Below are positions 6,970 through 15,407 of a DNA stretch of 35,913 nucleotides, piece after piece (position 1 is the first letter of the stretch; every line of letters starts with the position of its first letter). Source of the stretch: a virus. A program made the position numbers and the translations under genes. Location: positions 1 to 35,913 of the IMG/VR virus record IMGVR_UViG_3300021432_000004; one strand, written 5' to 3'. Under the pieces are notes generated by a model. The model searched no databases, was not told the DNA's origin, and saw nothing but the letters and a program-made list of their open reading frames with translations.

Positions 6970-8332
6970 GCGCTGGCGCAAGGGAGGGCCGGCACTCTTC
7001 GCTTCCGAGGTATTGGGCGCTGAACCCGATAAATGGCAATGGGAAGCTAGCAAGCTCCTTGTTGACAAACGCAAGCTGTCTGTGCGTTCCGGCCATGGTG
7101 TGGGCAAGTCCACCTTCATGGCTTGGTGTGTGCTCTGGTTCGCCGCCTGCTATTTCCCATGCAAAATTCCTTGTACGGCTCCAACTGGTCATCAACTGGA
7201 TGACGTACTGTGGGCTGAGCTTGCTAAATGGCATAGGATCATGGGCGAGAAGTTCCCGGCCTTGGCCGCAGAATTTGAATGGTCATCAGGCTCCTTCAAG
7301 ATGAAAAGCCATCCAAGCGAGTCGTTTGCTGTCGCGAGGACATCGCGCCCGGAGAAGCCGGAAGCGCTCCAGGGATTCCATGCTGACAATATTCTGTTTC
7401 TTATCGACGAGGCGAGCGGCGTCGCCGATAACGTCTTTGAAGTCGCTGAAGGTGCTTTGTCGACCGAGGGCGCCTACGTTGTCATGGCCGCAAACCCGAC
7501 CAGGCAGTCTGGCTATTTCTTCGACTCGCACCATAAGATGCGCTCCGATTGGGCAGCTTTACATGTCAACGGTGAGAACTGCGCGCGCGTGTCAAAAGCT
7601 TACATCGAGAGCATGGCGAAGAAATATGGGAAGCAGTCTTCAATCTACAAGGTACGCGTGCGCGGCGACTTCGCAGCAGCAGCCGATGGCGTTATCTCCC
7701 TGGAATCCTGCGAATCAGCAATGGTGCGGGAGGTGGCATTGAAAGATCAGGCGCCTATCATTTGGGGGCTTGATGTGGCGCGCTTCGGGGATGACTCAAC
7801 GGCACTTGCCAAGCGCCAAGGTAATTGGCAGCTTGAGAAATGCCGGGAATGGTACGGCAAGGACACTATGCAGACGGTGGGCCTCATCAAGTCTGAGTGG
7901 GATTCTACGCAAATGAGCTTGCGGCCGGCATCGATCAATGTGGACGTCATAGGTATTGGCGCTGGCGTCGTGGATAGGCTCAAGGAGCTTGGCTTGCCAG
8001 TCTACGGGGTGAATGTGGCTGAGGCTGCAGCAAGCAACGCCGGGGACGCTTCCTACAGCCGCCTGCGGGACGAACTATGGTTCAAAGGCCGCGAATGGCT
8101 TTTGGCGCTGGATTGCAAGTTACTTGACGATGAAGACCTGATAGGAGAACTTACCACGCCTAAATATGCAATTCTATCGAATGGTGATATAAAGGTGGAA
8201 AGTAAGCAAGAAATGAAGGAGAGAGGCGTAAAGAGCCCGAACTTGGCCGATGCGTGGCTGCTGACATTTGCGAGCGACGGAGTTGCAACTTGGGGTAAAT
8301 CACTCAATTATCCGAAAATGAGGTATGCATAA
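6941..8332 (+). CDS. terL: Terminase large subunit
   Basis: Walker A SGHGVGKST, Walker B ILFLIDEASGV, and a C-terminal nuclease-like region. Located before the portal. Confidence 0.9.
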   Translation: MASQIQVAIKRWRKGGPALFASEVLGAEPDKWQWEASKLLVDKRKLSVRSGHGVGKSTFMAWCVLWFAACYFPCKIPCTAPTGHQLDDVLWAELAKWHRIMGEKFPALAAEFEWSSGSFKMKSHPSESFAVARTSRPEKPEALQGFHADNILFLIDEASGVADNVFEVAEGALSTEGAYVVMAANPTRQSGYFFDSHHKMRSDWAALHVNGENCARVSKAYIESMAKKYGKQSSIYKVRVRGDFAAAADGVISLESCESAMVREVALKDQAPIIWGLDVARFGDDSTALAKRQGNWQLEKCREWYGKDTMQTVGLIKSEWDSTQMSLRPASINVDVIGIGAGVVDRLKELGLPVYGVNVAEAAASNAGDASYSRLRDELWFKGREWLLALDCKLLDDEDLIGELTTPKYAILSNGDIKVESKQEMKERGVKSPNLADAWLLTFASDGVATWGKSLNYPKMRYA

Positions 8333-8395
8333 AAGGAATCTTTTTCCTATTCAAGCATAAATGTACTAAAATATCCGCGAATCAATAACGCACAA

Positions 8396-8414
8396 ACGCT
8401 GTGAAGCGCTGGAG
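8396..8414 (+). promoter_or_regulatory. Tetraloop hairpin + GGAG cassette, copy 1 (ACGCT-GTGA-AGCG-CTGGAG)
   Basis: Stem CGCT/AGCG, GNRA loop GTGA, GGAG 9 nt before portal ATG 8424. Confidence 0.65.
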
Positions 8415-8423
8415 ATATAGACG

Positions 8424-10790
8424 ATGGCCGGATTGTCACAGGACGAATTAAAAGCGTTGGTCGGCATGGAGATGAGGCAAAGTCTCGGTTATTCGTCTTC
8501 CAAACTCTCCGCTGCCCGGCAGAAGGCAGAATATTACTACCTCGGATTGCCAGTCGGTACTCTCTCCCCTCCCGAAGTCGAAGGCCGTTCAAGCGTAGTT
8601 TCAACCGACGTGCGCGACACCATAGAATCGATGCTTCCGCAGTTGATGGCTATTTTCTGCGGCGGCGATACCGTCGTGGAGTTTGAGCCACAATTGCCTG
8701 GCGACGAGCAAAAAGCACAGCAGATCACCGATTACATGAATTACCTGTTCTTCAAGAAGAACGAAGGTTTCCTGCGCGCGTACGTGTGGATGAAAGATGC
8801 ATTGCTGCAGAAAAACGGGATTGTCAAATGCTGGTGGGATACACGTTGGGAAGAAAAGAAAGAAGAATACAAGGGGCTGGACCAGGTTGAATTAGCGACC
8901 ATTATGGACGATCCCGAGGTGGAAGTCACAGAACAAACCTCCTATTCTGACGAATATGACGCCAAGCAGCGTCAGGACGCTATCAGCCAGCTTCAGCAGC
9001 AACTCCAGCAAGCAGCAGCGCAAAATCCCCCTCCGCAAGCTATTCAAGCAGCTCAATCCGGTGACCCGCGCGCGGTGCAGGCGATTGCCCAGGGTAATCA
9101 GCAGAAGCAGCAAGCCATGCAACAGCTTCAGCAGCAGATAGCGCAGATTCAAGCGCAGCCTCCAGTGTTGCTCTACGATATCACTTGCAAGCGCACCAAG
9201 AAGGGCGGCAAGCTTTCAATCGAAAACGTTCCACCAGAGGAATTGCTGATTTCTCGCAACGCCAAGAGCATACAAACCGCGAAGTTTGTCGGGCATCGAG
9301 TGCAGCGCACAGTCTCCGAGCTTAAGTCGATGGGATACAAGAATGTCGACGATATCTCGGGCGAAGACCAGGGACAGGCTGTCAATTCCGAGCGCATACA
9401 GCGGCTATCCTGGAATGACGAAAACGCCTATTTGTCGGATGAAATCAATACTTCAGATGAAAGCCAGCGCCTAATTTGGGTGACAGAGTGCTATATCCGT
9501 TGCGACTTCGACGGTGACGGCATTAGCGAATTGCGCAAGGTAACTGTGGCCGGCAATGAATTGCTGGATAACGAAGAAATTGATTACACGCCTTTCGCCA
9601 GCATTACGCCAGTTCCGCTCCCGCACACTTTCTTTGGTCTTTCCGTTGCTGATCTGGCGATCGACAGCCAGACCATCAAGACCAGCATCTTGCGTTCGCA
9701 GCTTGATAATCTGTATTTGGACGTCAACGGACGCTATTTCGCGGTCGATGGCCAGGTTAATCTGGATGATTTGCTGTCATCTCGCCCTGGCGGCGTAGTG
9801 CGCGTGAAGCAGCCTGGCGCCGTGGGTAGACTAGACCAGAGCAGCGGCGATATCAATTACTCGCTCCAGATGATGGAGTACATGCAGCAGGACTTAGAGA
9901 ACAAGACGGGCTGGAGCCGCCAGAGCATGGGCAATTCGGCGACAGGCTTGAATACCACGGCGACGGCGGCCAATATCGTGACCAACAAGGCCGACATGCG
10001 CGTTGACCTGATCGCTCGCCATTTTGCCGAGGGATTCACTGAGTTATTCAAGATGATGCTGAAACTGATATGCCAGCATCAAGACGAGAAATCCCAGATC
10101 AGACTTGCCGGCCAATGGGTAGATATCGACCCGCGCGAGTGGCGTAACCAATTCGACGTGAATATCAATGTTGGCGTCGGTATGGGCAATAAGGATCAGA
10201 AGGTAGCGCACTTGCTGGCAATGATCGGCCAGCAAGAGAAAGTGTTCCCCCTGGGCGTTGCCAATCCCGAGAATATCTATCAATCCAGTGCTGAGCTGGC
10301 TAAACTGTTGGGTTATCGCAACGGCGATAAATTCTTCAGTGATCCAGCACAGCAACCGCCGCAACCTCCCAAGCCTGATCCTGCTCAATTGAAGATTCAG
10401 GCAGATCAAGCATCCGACCAGGCACGCGTGCAGGCCGACATTCAGAAGACACAGGCGCAAATCCAGGCAGACAAAGATAGGCAGGAAATGGAAATGCAGA
10501 TGCGTAGCCAGGAGCTCGCACAGCAAGGGCAATTGCGCCTCCAAGAATTGCAGCTTGAGGCCAATAAGCAGGAATTGCAGGCAAAAAACGACATGTTGGA
10601 GCGTCAACATAAAGCAGAATTAGACGCACAACTTGCCCAGCAGCGTATAGAATATGACAAGTGGGCAAAAGAGGGAGATTGGCGTAATTCGCTGATGATA
10701 GCTGAACTTTCATCGAAAACGACGCTGGTCAATCCATTAATCCAGGCCGCTATTCAGGCCGAATCTAGCGAGTCGAGGCCGATGCCATGA
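8424..10790 (+). CDS. Portal protein (P22-type) with Q-rich insertion and long C-terminal coiled coil
   Basis: 788 aa downstream of TerL. Conserved N-terminal pattern (EYYYLG, PEVEGRS, VSTDVRDTIE). C-terminal heptad-rich Q/E/K tail. Confidence 0.85.
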   Translation: MAGLSQDELKALVGMEMRQSLGYSSSKLSAARQKAEYYYLGLPVGTLSPPEVEGRSSVVSTDVRDTIESMLPQLMAIFCGGDTVVEFEPQLPGDEQKAQQITDYMNYLFFKKNEGFLRAYVWMKDALLQKNGIVKCWWDTRWEEKKEEYKGLDQVELATIMDDPEVEVTEQTSYSDEYDAKQRQDAISQLQQQLQQAAAQNPPPQAIQAAQSGDPRAVQAIAQGNQQKQQAMQQLQQQIAQIQAQPPVLLYDITCKRTKKGGKLSIENVPPEELLISRNAKSIQTAKFVGHRVQRTVSELKSMGYKNVDDISGEDQGQAVNSERIQRLSWNDENAYLSDEINTSDESQRLIWVTECYIRCDFDGDGISELRKVTVAGNELLDNEEIDYTPFASITPVPLPHTFFGLSVADLAIDSQTIKTSILRSQLDNLYLDVNGRYFAVDGQVNLDDLLSSRPGGVVRVKQPGAVGRLDQSSGDINYSLQMMEYMQQDLENKTGWSRQSMGNSATGLNTTATAANIVTNKADMRVDLIARHFAEGFTELFKMMLKLICQHQDEKSQIRLAGQWVDIDPREWRNQFDVNINVGVGMGNKDQKVAHLLAMIGQQEKVFPLGVANPENIYQSSAELAKLLGYRNGDKFFSDPAQQPPQPPKPDPAQLKIQADQASDQARVQADIQKTQAQIQADKDRQEMEMQMRSQELAQQGQLRLQELQLEANKQELQAKNDMLERQHKAELDAQLAQQRIEYDKWAKEGDWRNSLMIAELSSKTTLVNPLIQAAIQAESSESRPMP

Positions 10791-11803
10791 GCTTAACCAC
10801 AATCACAGGCGGCAATAACAGCAATGTCACGATCAATGATAATGGTTCGGTTCTTTTGCTTCGCACGCTTGGCGCTGGTAGCTGCAGCGTTACTATAAAT
10901 TCTGGCCTCGCTGGCTTCAAGCCTATCGAGTTTTCCGGGCAACGCACGATATCCTTCCCAGCTTCTGGCATAGTGAATATCGCGGCGACAAATGGCAGCG
11001 TAGTATGGGAATTGGGCGATGCGGCAAGCCTGGGGTCACAGGCTATTGGAGCTCAGCCTGAAGACGTGCTGACGATCAAGCAAATGCAGATGACGATCGC
11101 CGGGACGCCAATCCCGCTTACTGGCCCGACACTGCAAGCGACCAATTCGCTCAATAACTACACGCAGATTTCCATCATCAACAAGCTGAATGGGGTGAAT
11201 TCCAGCGCTGATGTCATTACCTACCCTGACAATGGTAACGACGTTGCCGGCTGGCTGGATCACGGCATTACCTCTTCTGGCTACAACCAAGCAGCTTATT
11301 CTGTGACGGGTGCCAACGAGGGCTACATGTTCATGTCGGCCCCTGCCAGCAGTGGCAACAGCGGCGATTTCGTCTACGCGACAGATGCCACTGGAACAAG
11401 CAACGGTTTCCGCTGGTACACCAACGGCTTTACGAAAGCCATTGGTGCATGGTGTACGAAGATAGTCGGGGCTTCTGGTCTGTTTATGGTGGGCGCCGGC
11501 TTGTCGCTGTCGAATCTGTCCAAGATCATCACGAACATTGCGGCTGCTACGACTTACACAGTTCCTGCCGGCGCATCTTACGTGAACGTGACTACGTCCG
11601 GCGCTTCTATCGCTACTACCTTTCCCGCTGCTGCTGCTGCGATTGACGGCCTGATGATAACGGTCACACCTGGCGCCAGCGTAGCGACGGCAACATGGGT
11701 AAGTACTGGTGCTACTTTCATCGGCGCGCCCGCCGCGTGGACTGCGAACGTGCCAATTCGGATGATTTACGATCATGCTTCCCTGAAATGGTATCAGTGC
11801 TGA
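10787..11803 (+). CDS. Hypothetical virion-module protein, 338 aa
   Basis: ATGA overlap with the portal stop. S/T/G/A-rich, beta-rich-looking. No motif recognised. Confidence 0.75.
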   Translation: MSLTTITGGNNSNVTINDNGSVLLLRTLGAGSCSVTINSGLAGFKPIEFSGQRTISFPASGIVNIAATNGSVVWELGDAASLGSQAIGAQPEDVLTIKQMQMTIAGTPIPLTGPTLQATNSLNNYTQISIINKLNGVNSSADVITYPDNGNDVAGWLDHGITSSGYNQAAYSVTGANEGYMFMSAPASSGNSGDFVYATDATGTSNGFRWYTNGFTKAIGAWCTKIVGASGLFMVGAGLSLSNLSKIITNIAAATTYTVPAGASYVNVTTSGASIATTFPAAAAAIDGLMITVTPGASVATATWVSTGATFIGAPAAWTANVPIRMIYDHASLKWYQC

Positions 11804-11804
11804 T

Positions 11805-12095
11805 ATGGCGACGATAGAGCAGCGTATTTATGACGGCAACAGGGCCGCAGAAGTTTTAAATAACGAGGCTTTTCAAAAAGCTTTTGCCGACATCGAGGAA
11901 CAGTTTGTCCAGGCGTGGAAGGATTCTCCCGCGCGCGACGTAGAAGGAAGGGAGAAAATATGGACTTGCTTGGGGTTGTTGAAAAAGTTAAAGGGAAGCC
12001 TGGAAGGAAGCCTAGAAACCGGGAAATTAGCGGAGCTGGACATGCTCCACAAGCGCAACGCCTTGGAACGTATGAAGGACTCGTTCGGGCTGTAG
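11805..12095 (+). CDS. Small head-module protein, 96 aa
   Basis: ATG 2 nt after the upstream stop; helical charged protein; position between portal and scaffold. Confidence 0.75.
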   Translation: MATIEQRIYDGNRAAEVLNNEAFQKAFADIEEQFVQAWKDSPARDVEGREKIWTCLGLLKKLKGSLEGSLETGKLAELDMLHKRNALERMKDSFGL

Positions 12096-12265
12096 AGGAA
12101 TTTGAGGAGCCGCATGATTCTGTGGCAATGGCTTTCCATCCTGAACCGAAAGAGAAATTCATTCGCGCCGGCAGAGGATGGGTAAGGGTGGAAGTGGGAG
12201 AGATTGGTTTTCAAACCAATAGCGGTAAATTTGTAAAGTTGTAAAAAGTTGTTATATTGAATCTT

Positions 12266-12304
12266 AACGCCGCGAGGCGCTGGGAGCGGGCGAAAGTCCC
12301 GCTC
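12266..12304 (+). promoter_or_regulatory. Tetraloop hairpin cassette, copy 2 (AACGCC-GCGA-GGCG-CTGGGAG) plus a second 7-bp hairpin
   Basis: Stem CGCC/GGCG with loop GCGA. Then GAGCGGG/CCCGCTC (12284-12304) with an inner GAAA loop, then AGGAG and ATG 12324. Confidence 0.65.
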
Positions 12305-12323
12305 ATTGACTAGGAGCAGAAAA

Positions 12324-13286
12324 ATGGATAATCCTTCACAGGAACCCAGCAATACACCGTTAAACGTGAACAGTGCAGTTCAAGCCTTTGGCGCTTTTCT
12401 GGAGGCACCTGAAATAAAGGAAAAGAGCGCCCAAGACTTGGAGCAGGAGGCATTACAGGAATTGACCGCGAAGACTGCGGTAGAGCCTGAAAAGACCGAA
12501 GCAGAAGCCGAGCCAGAAGAAGAAGGCGCAGTCACCATCGAAGTTGATGGCAAGACTGTGACTTTGACCAAGGAGCAATTGGCAGATGCCTACAAGAACG
12601 GTTTGCGCCAATCCGACTACACTAAGAAGACCATGGAGGCCGCCGAGCAGCGTAAAGCCGCCGATGCGGAACTCCAGAAAGCACGAACAGAAAGAAACGC
12701 TTACCAGCAAAACTTGCAAAAGAACGCAGTGCAGCTAGAAGCGGTATTGCAACAGCAACAAAGCATCAACTGGGAGCAATTGCTCAATACTGATCCTGTC
12801 GAATACATGAGACAGCAGCACCTCCTTAACCAGAGACAAGCCGCCTATCAGCAAACGATTCAGCAGTATCAGAAAATAGAGCAAATGAACCAGGCCGAGC
12901 AACAGCAGCAGATGGAAGCTTACCTTCACACGCAGCAAGCCGAATTGCTTGCCAAGCTGCCTGAATGGAAAGACCCAGCGAAAGCGACGCCGGAAAAAGA
13001 GGCCATCGTGAAATACCTTGTCGATCAAGGTTTTCCTGCGGCGGCTTTGGATAATATCAGCGATCACAAAACCGTCATTTTGGCGCGTAAGGCGATGCTT
13101 TATGACAAGATGATGGAAAAGGCCGGTGCCGCAGCGAAGAAAATCGCGACGGTTCCCACCAAGATCGTGAAACCTGGAGTAGGCGAGTCGCCGAACAATC
13201 TTGACAAGCGCAGCCAAGCATTTCAGCGCCTGGGCAAGACGGGACGGATTGAAGACGCAGCCGCTCTATTTTCTGACTACGTTTAA
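12324..13286 (+). CDS. Scaffolding protein
   Basis: ATG 12324 with AGGAG RBS; the TTG 12306 start is rejected. 320 aa, E/Q/A/K-rich coiled coil immediately upstream of the major capsid gene. Confidence 0.8.
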   Translation: MDNPSQEPSNTPLNVNSAVQAFGAFLEAPEIKEKSAQDLEQEALQELTAKTAVEPEKTEAEAEPEEEGAVTIEVDGKTVTLTKEQLADAYKNGLRQSDYTKKTMEAAEQRKAADAELQKARTERNAYQQNLQKNAVQLEAVLQQQQSINWEQLLNTDPVEYMRQQHLLNQRQAAYQQTIQQYQKIEQMNQAEQQQQMEAYLHTQQAELLAKLPEWKDPAKATPEKEAIVKYLVDQGFPAAALDNISDHKTVILARKAMLYDKMMEKAGAAAKKIATVPTKIVKPGVGESPNNLDKRSQAFQRLGKTGRIEDAAALFSDYV

Positions 13287-13304
13287 CGCCGCGAGGCGCT
13301 GGAG
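13285..13304 (+). promoter_or_regulatory. Tetraloop hairpin + GGAG cassette, copy 3
   Basis: AACGCC-GCGA-GGCG-CTGGAG; GGAG 8 nt before capsid ATG 13313. Confidence 0.65.
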
Positions 13305-13312
13305 AAACCAAA

Positions 13313-14239
13313 ATGACCGCACCAACCAATACCTTTCTGACCACGGCCGCCATCGGCAATCGTGAAGACTTGACGGATATCATCTATCGTATCTCGCCGA
13401 CCACGACGCCGCTGCTGAACCTGGCAGCCAAGGCCAAGGCAAGCAACACTCTGCACGAGTGGCAAACTCAAGACCTCGCGGCTGCATCCACAAGCAATGC
13501 ACAGGCCGAGGGCGACAATGCTTCGGCAAAGACCGTGACACCGACGGTTCGCTTGAACAATCGCACTCAGATTTCGACAAAAACAGTGATCGTCTCCGGT
13601 ACGCAAGAGGCGATGAACCCAGCCGGACGCAAGGATGAACTGGCTTACCAGTTGTCGTTGGCATCCCTAGAACTGAAACGCGACATGGAATCGTCATTGA
13701 CTCAGTTGGACGTGACCGCGACATCGCCTCGCCAAGCGCGCGGCCTGCGTGGCTGGCTCGTTGACAACATTGACAACGGCACTGGCTATGTTGCACCGTC
13801 CTATACCGGCAATACCGGTACGACAGATGGCACGCAGCGCGCATTCACCGAATCTTCACTGAAGAATACGCTGCAGAAGATTTACGTCGCCGGTGGCGAT
13901 CCTGACGTCGTGATGACAGGCCCAGCGCAGAAGCAGACGTTCTCTACCTTCACCGGTAATGCGACACGCTTCGACAAGTCGGAAGACGAAAAACTGTATG
14001 CCGGCATTTCGGTGTATGTCTCCGACTTCGGCACATTGAATATCATGCCGAACCGCTTCCAGCGCACCCGCGATGTATTCGTGATCGAAAGCGACAAGGT
14101 TGCGGTGGCTTATCTGCGTCCATTCCAAACCATTAAATTGGCGACCACTGGCGATGCGCTGCAACGTGAATTGGTTTGCGAATTCACTTTGGAATATCGT
14201 GCACCGAAGTCTGGTGGCGCGATTTACGATGTTTTGTAG
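13313..14239 (+). CDS. Major capsid protein
   Basis: 308 aa after the scaffold. The N-terminal motif GNREDLTDIIYRISPTTTPLL is typical of a podovirus/HK97-fold capsid family. Confidence 0.85.
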   Translation: MTAPTNTFLTTAAIGNREDLTDIIYRISPTTTPLLNLAAKAKASNTLHEWQTQDLAAASTSNAQAEGDNASAKTVTPTVRLNNRTQISTKTVIVSGTQEAMNPAGRKDELAYQLSLASLELKRDMESSLTQLDVTATSPRQARGLRGWLVDNIDNGTGYVAPSYTGNTGTTDGTQRAFTESSLKNTLQKIYVAGGDPDVVMTGPAQKQTFSTFTGNATRFDKSEDEKLYAGISVYVSDFGTLNIMPNRFQRTRDVFVIESDKVAVAYLRPFQTIKLATTGDALQRELVCEFTLEYRAPKSGGAIYDVL

Positions 14240-14261
14240 TATTTCCTAACTGAAACTTAAT

Positions 14262-14280
14262 GGGGCTTCGGCCCCTTCTT
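14262..14280 (+). terminator. GGGGC-TTCG-GCCCC hairpin followed by TTCTT (partial terminator or mRNA stabiliser)
   Basis: 5-bp GC stem with a UUCG tetraloop 23 nt after the capsid stop; a T-rich but interrupted tail. Confidence 0.5.
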
Positions 14281-14295
14281 AGAAAGGAAAATATC

Positions 14296-14766
14296 ATGGG
14301 TACAAATCTCATCCAGCGGCCTGATGGCGGCATGGACTTCCAGGACAGCAGCGGGAATATTGTTGGGTCCATTGGCGGCGCTGTGCAAAGCTTCCGCAAT
14401 ATCAAAGTAGCGAAGATACCCATTACCGGCGTCGCAGCTACAACTGGCGGTGCACTGTTCTCTTGGGCCAATCCAGAGCAAGGCTCCATCATCATTGAGC
14501 GTTTCCAGATCGACATCACGACCGCTTCCACTGGCGCGGCCAATGGTTCGTTTGGCGTGGCAGCCAACGGCACCACCTCAAGCGCGAACCTGATTGACAC
14601 CTATGCACTGGCAAGCACGGCAAAGGTGGTGGATAACCATGTGGATAACTCTACCAATGGTAAGTTTGTGCAGAAGATGACGACCAGTCAGTTTGTCACT
14701 GGCACTGGATCGGCCACGACGGCCGGCCTTGTTGGAAACGTCTACATTCACTACTACCTGGCGTAA
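14296..14766 (+). CDS. Hypothetical virion protein, 156 aa (possible decoration/head protein)
   Basis: ATG 14296 with AAGGAAA RBS. The 14260 start would place the hairpin inside the coding sequence. Confidence 0.75.
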   Translation: MGTNLIQRPDGGMDFQDSSGNIVGSIGGAVQSFRNIKVAKIPITGVAATTGGALFSWANPEQGSIIIERFQIDITTASTGAANGSFGVAANGTTSSANLIDTYALASTAKVVDNHVDNSTNGKFVQKMTTSQFVTGTGSATTAGLVGNVYIHYYLA

Positions 14767-14770
14767 TAAG

Positions 14771-14792
14771 AGCGGGAGCCATCCCGCTTTTT
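14771..14792 (+). terminator. Rho-independent terminator candidate
   Basis: AGCGGGA-GCCA-TCCCGCT followed by TTTTT, 5 nt after stop 14766. Confidence 0.65.
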
Positions 14793-14795
14793 CTT

Positions 14796-14815
14796 AATGC
14801 CGTGAGGCACTGGAG
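14796..14815 (+). promoter_or_regulatory. Tetraloop hairpin + GGAG cassette, copy 4 (AATGCC-GTGA-GGCA-CTGGAG)
   Basis: Stem TGCC/GGCA (compensatory relative to CGCC/GGCG), loop GTGA, GGAG 5 nt before ATG 14821. Confidence 0.65.
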
Positions 14816-14820
14816 AAACA

Positions 14821-15123
14821 ATGGAAAGCGGTTCATACCTCAAGGTCGTTAAAACAGGTGTCACCATTACTACGAGTGGCGCCTCTGCCTCCGCGACATT
14901 ACCGACCACGCAAAGCGGCATCCCTCCCAACTATGTGCGTGTGGCGGCCTCTGCTGCGGCATGTGTGCGGCTCACCAAAGGCGCATCTACCGCGTTGACT
15001 ACAGACCTACAAGTGCAGCCAGGCGACGCGGTTATTTTGGCGGTGAATGGCGAAGATACCATATCAGCGATTCAAGTTTCTGCGGCCGGCGTGGTGCAAT
15101 GCTCGCCATTGGAGAATCTGTAA
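14821..15123 (+). CDS. Hypothetical small structural-module protein, 100 aa
   Basis: Preceded by cassette copy 4; A/S/T/V-rich; the stop overlaps the next start (TAATG). Confidence 0.75.
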   Translation: MESGSYLKVVKTGVTITTSGASASATLPTTQSGIPPNYVRVAASAAACVRLTKGASTALTTDLQVQPGDAVILAVNGEDTISAIQVSAAGVVQCSPLENL

Positions 15124-15407
15124 TGTCTGTCGAAACTCGACTTCATGTGCATGATGGGTCCGTGACGTTTGAGCGCATACAGGACTGCACGCCTATTCTT
15201 GAGCGTGCTACCGCGTTGCACAACGGCGGTCATCATGGCTCTAGCGAGATGCGGCATGCTGCCGATTTCCCCATGGTGATCGTGGAAAAATACTGCAATG
15301 ACCATCATATCGAGTTTGCCGAGTTTATCCAAAACAAAGATCACGTGCGCCGCATGCTGGCTGATCCTGCATTGGCAGGCTTCCGTGTCTGGAAAGGCCG
15401 CGTATGA
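15123..15407 (+). CDS. Hypothetical protein, 94 aa
   Basis: ATG 15123 is coupled to the upstream stop. The longer 14961 start overlaps the previous gene in another frame. Confidence 0.65.
   Translation: MSVETRLHVHDGSVTFERIQDCTPILERATALHNGGHHGSSEMRHAADFPMVIVEKYCNDHHIEFAEFIQNKDHVRRMLADPALAGFRVWKGRV

Noticed and set aside
11036-11776. 246-aa minus-strand ORF, plus similar antisense ORFs (3404-4003, 10044-10610, 22669-23358, 23571-24143, 23945-24475, 24195-24719, 26633-27250)
   Set aside because: All lie antisense to longer, motif-bearing or tightly coupled plus-strand genes in GC-rich DNA where stop codons are rare. They have Arg/Cys/His-rich junk-like composition and no RBS.
14260-14295. ATG 14260 as start of the 14260-14766 ORF; likewise TTG 12306 for the scaffold, 33655 for the Cys-repeat gene, 14961 for the 15123 gene and 947 for the 1094 gene
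   Set aside because: The longer starts place intergenic hairpins or promoters inside coding sequence, or overlap the preceding gene extensively. Downstream ATGs have proper Shine-Dalgarno sequences and abut upstream stops.
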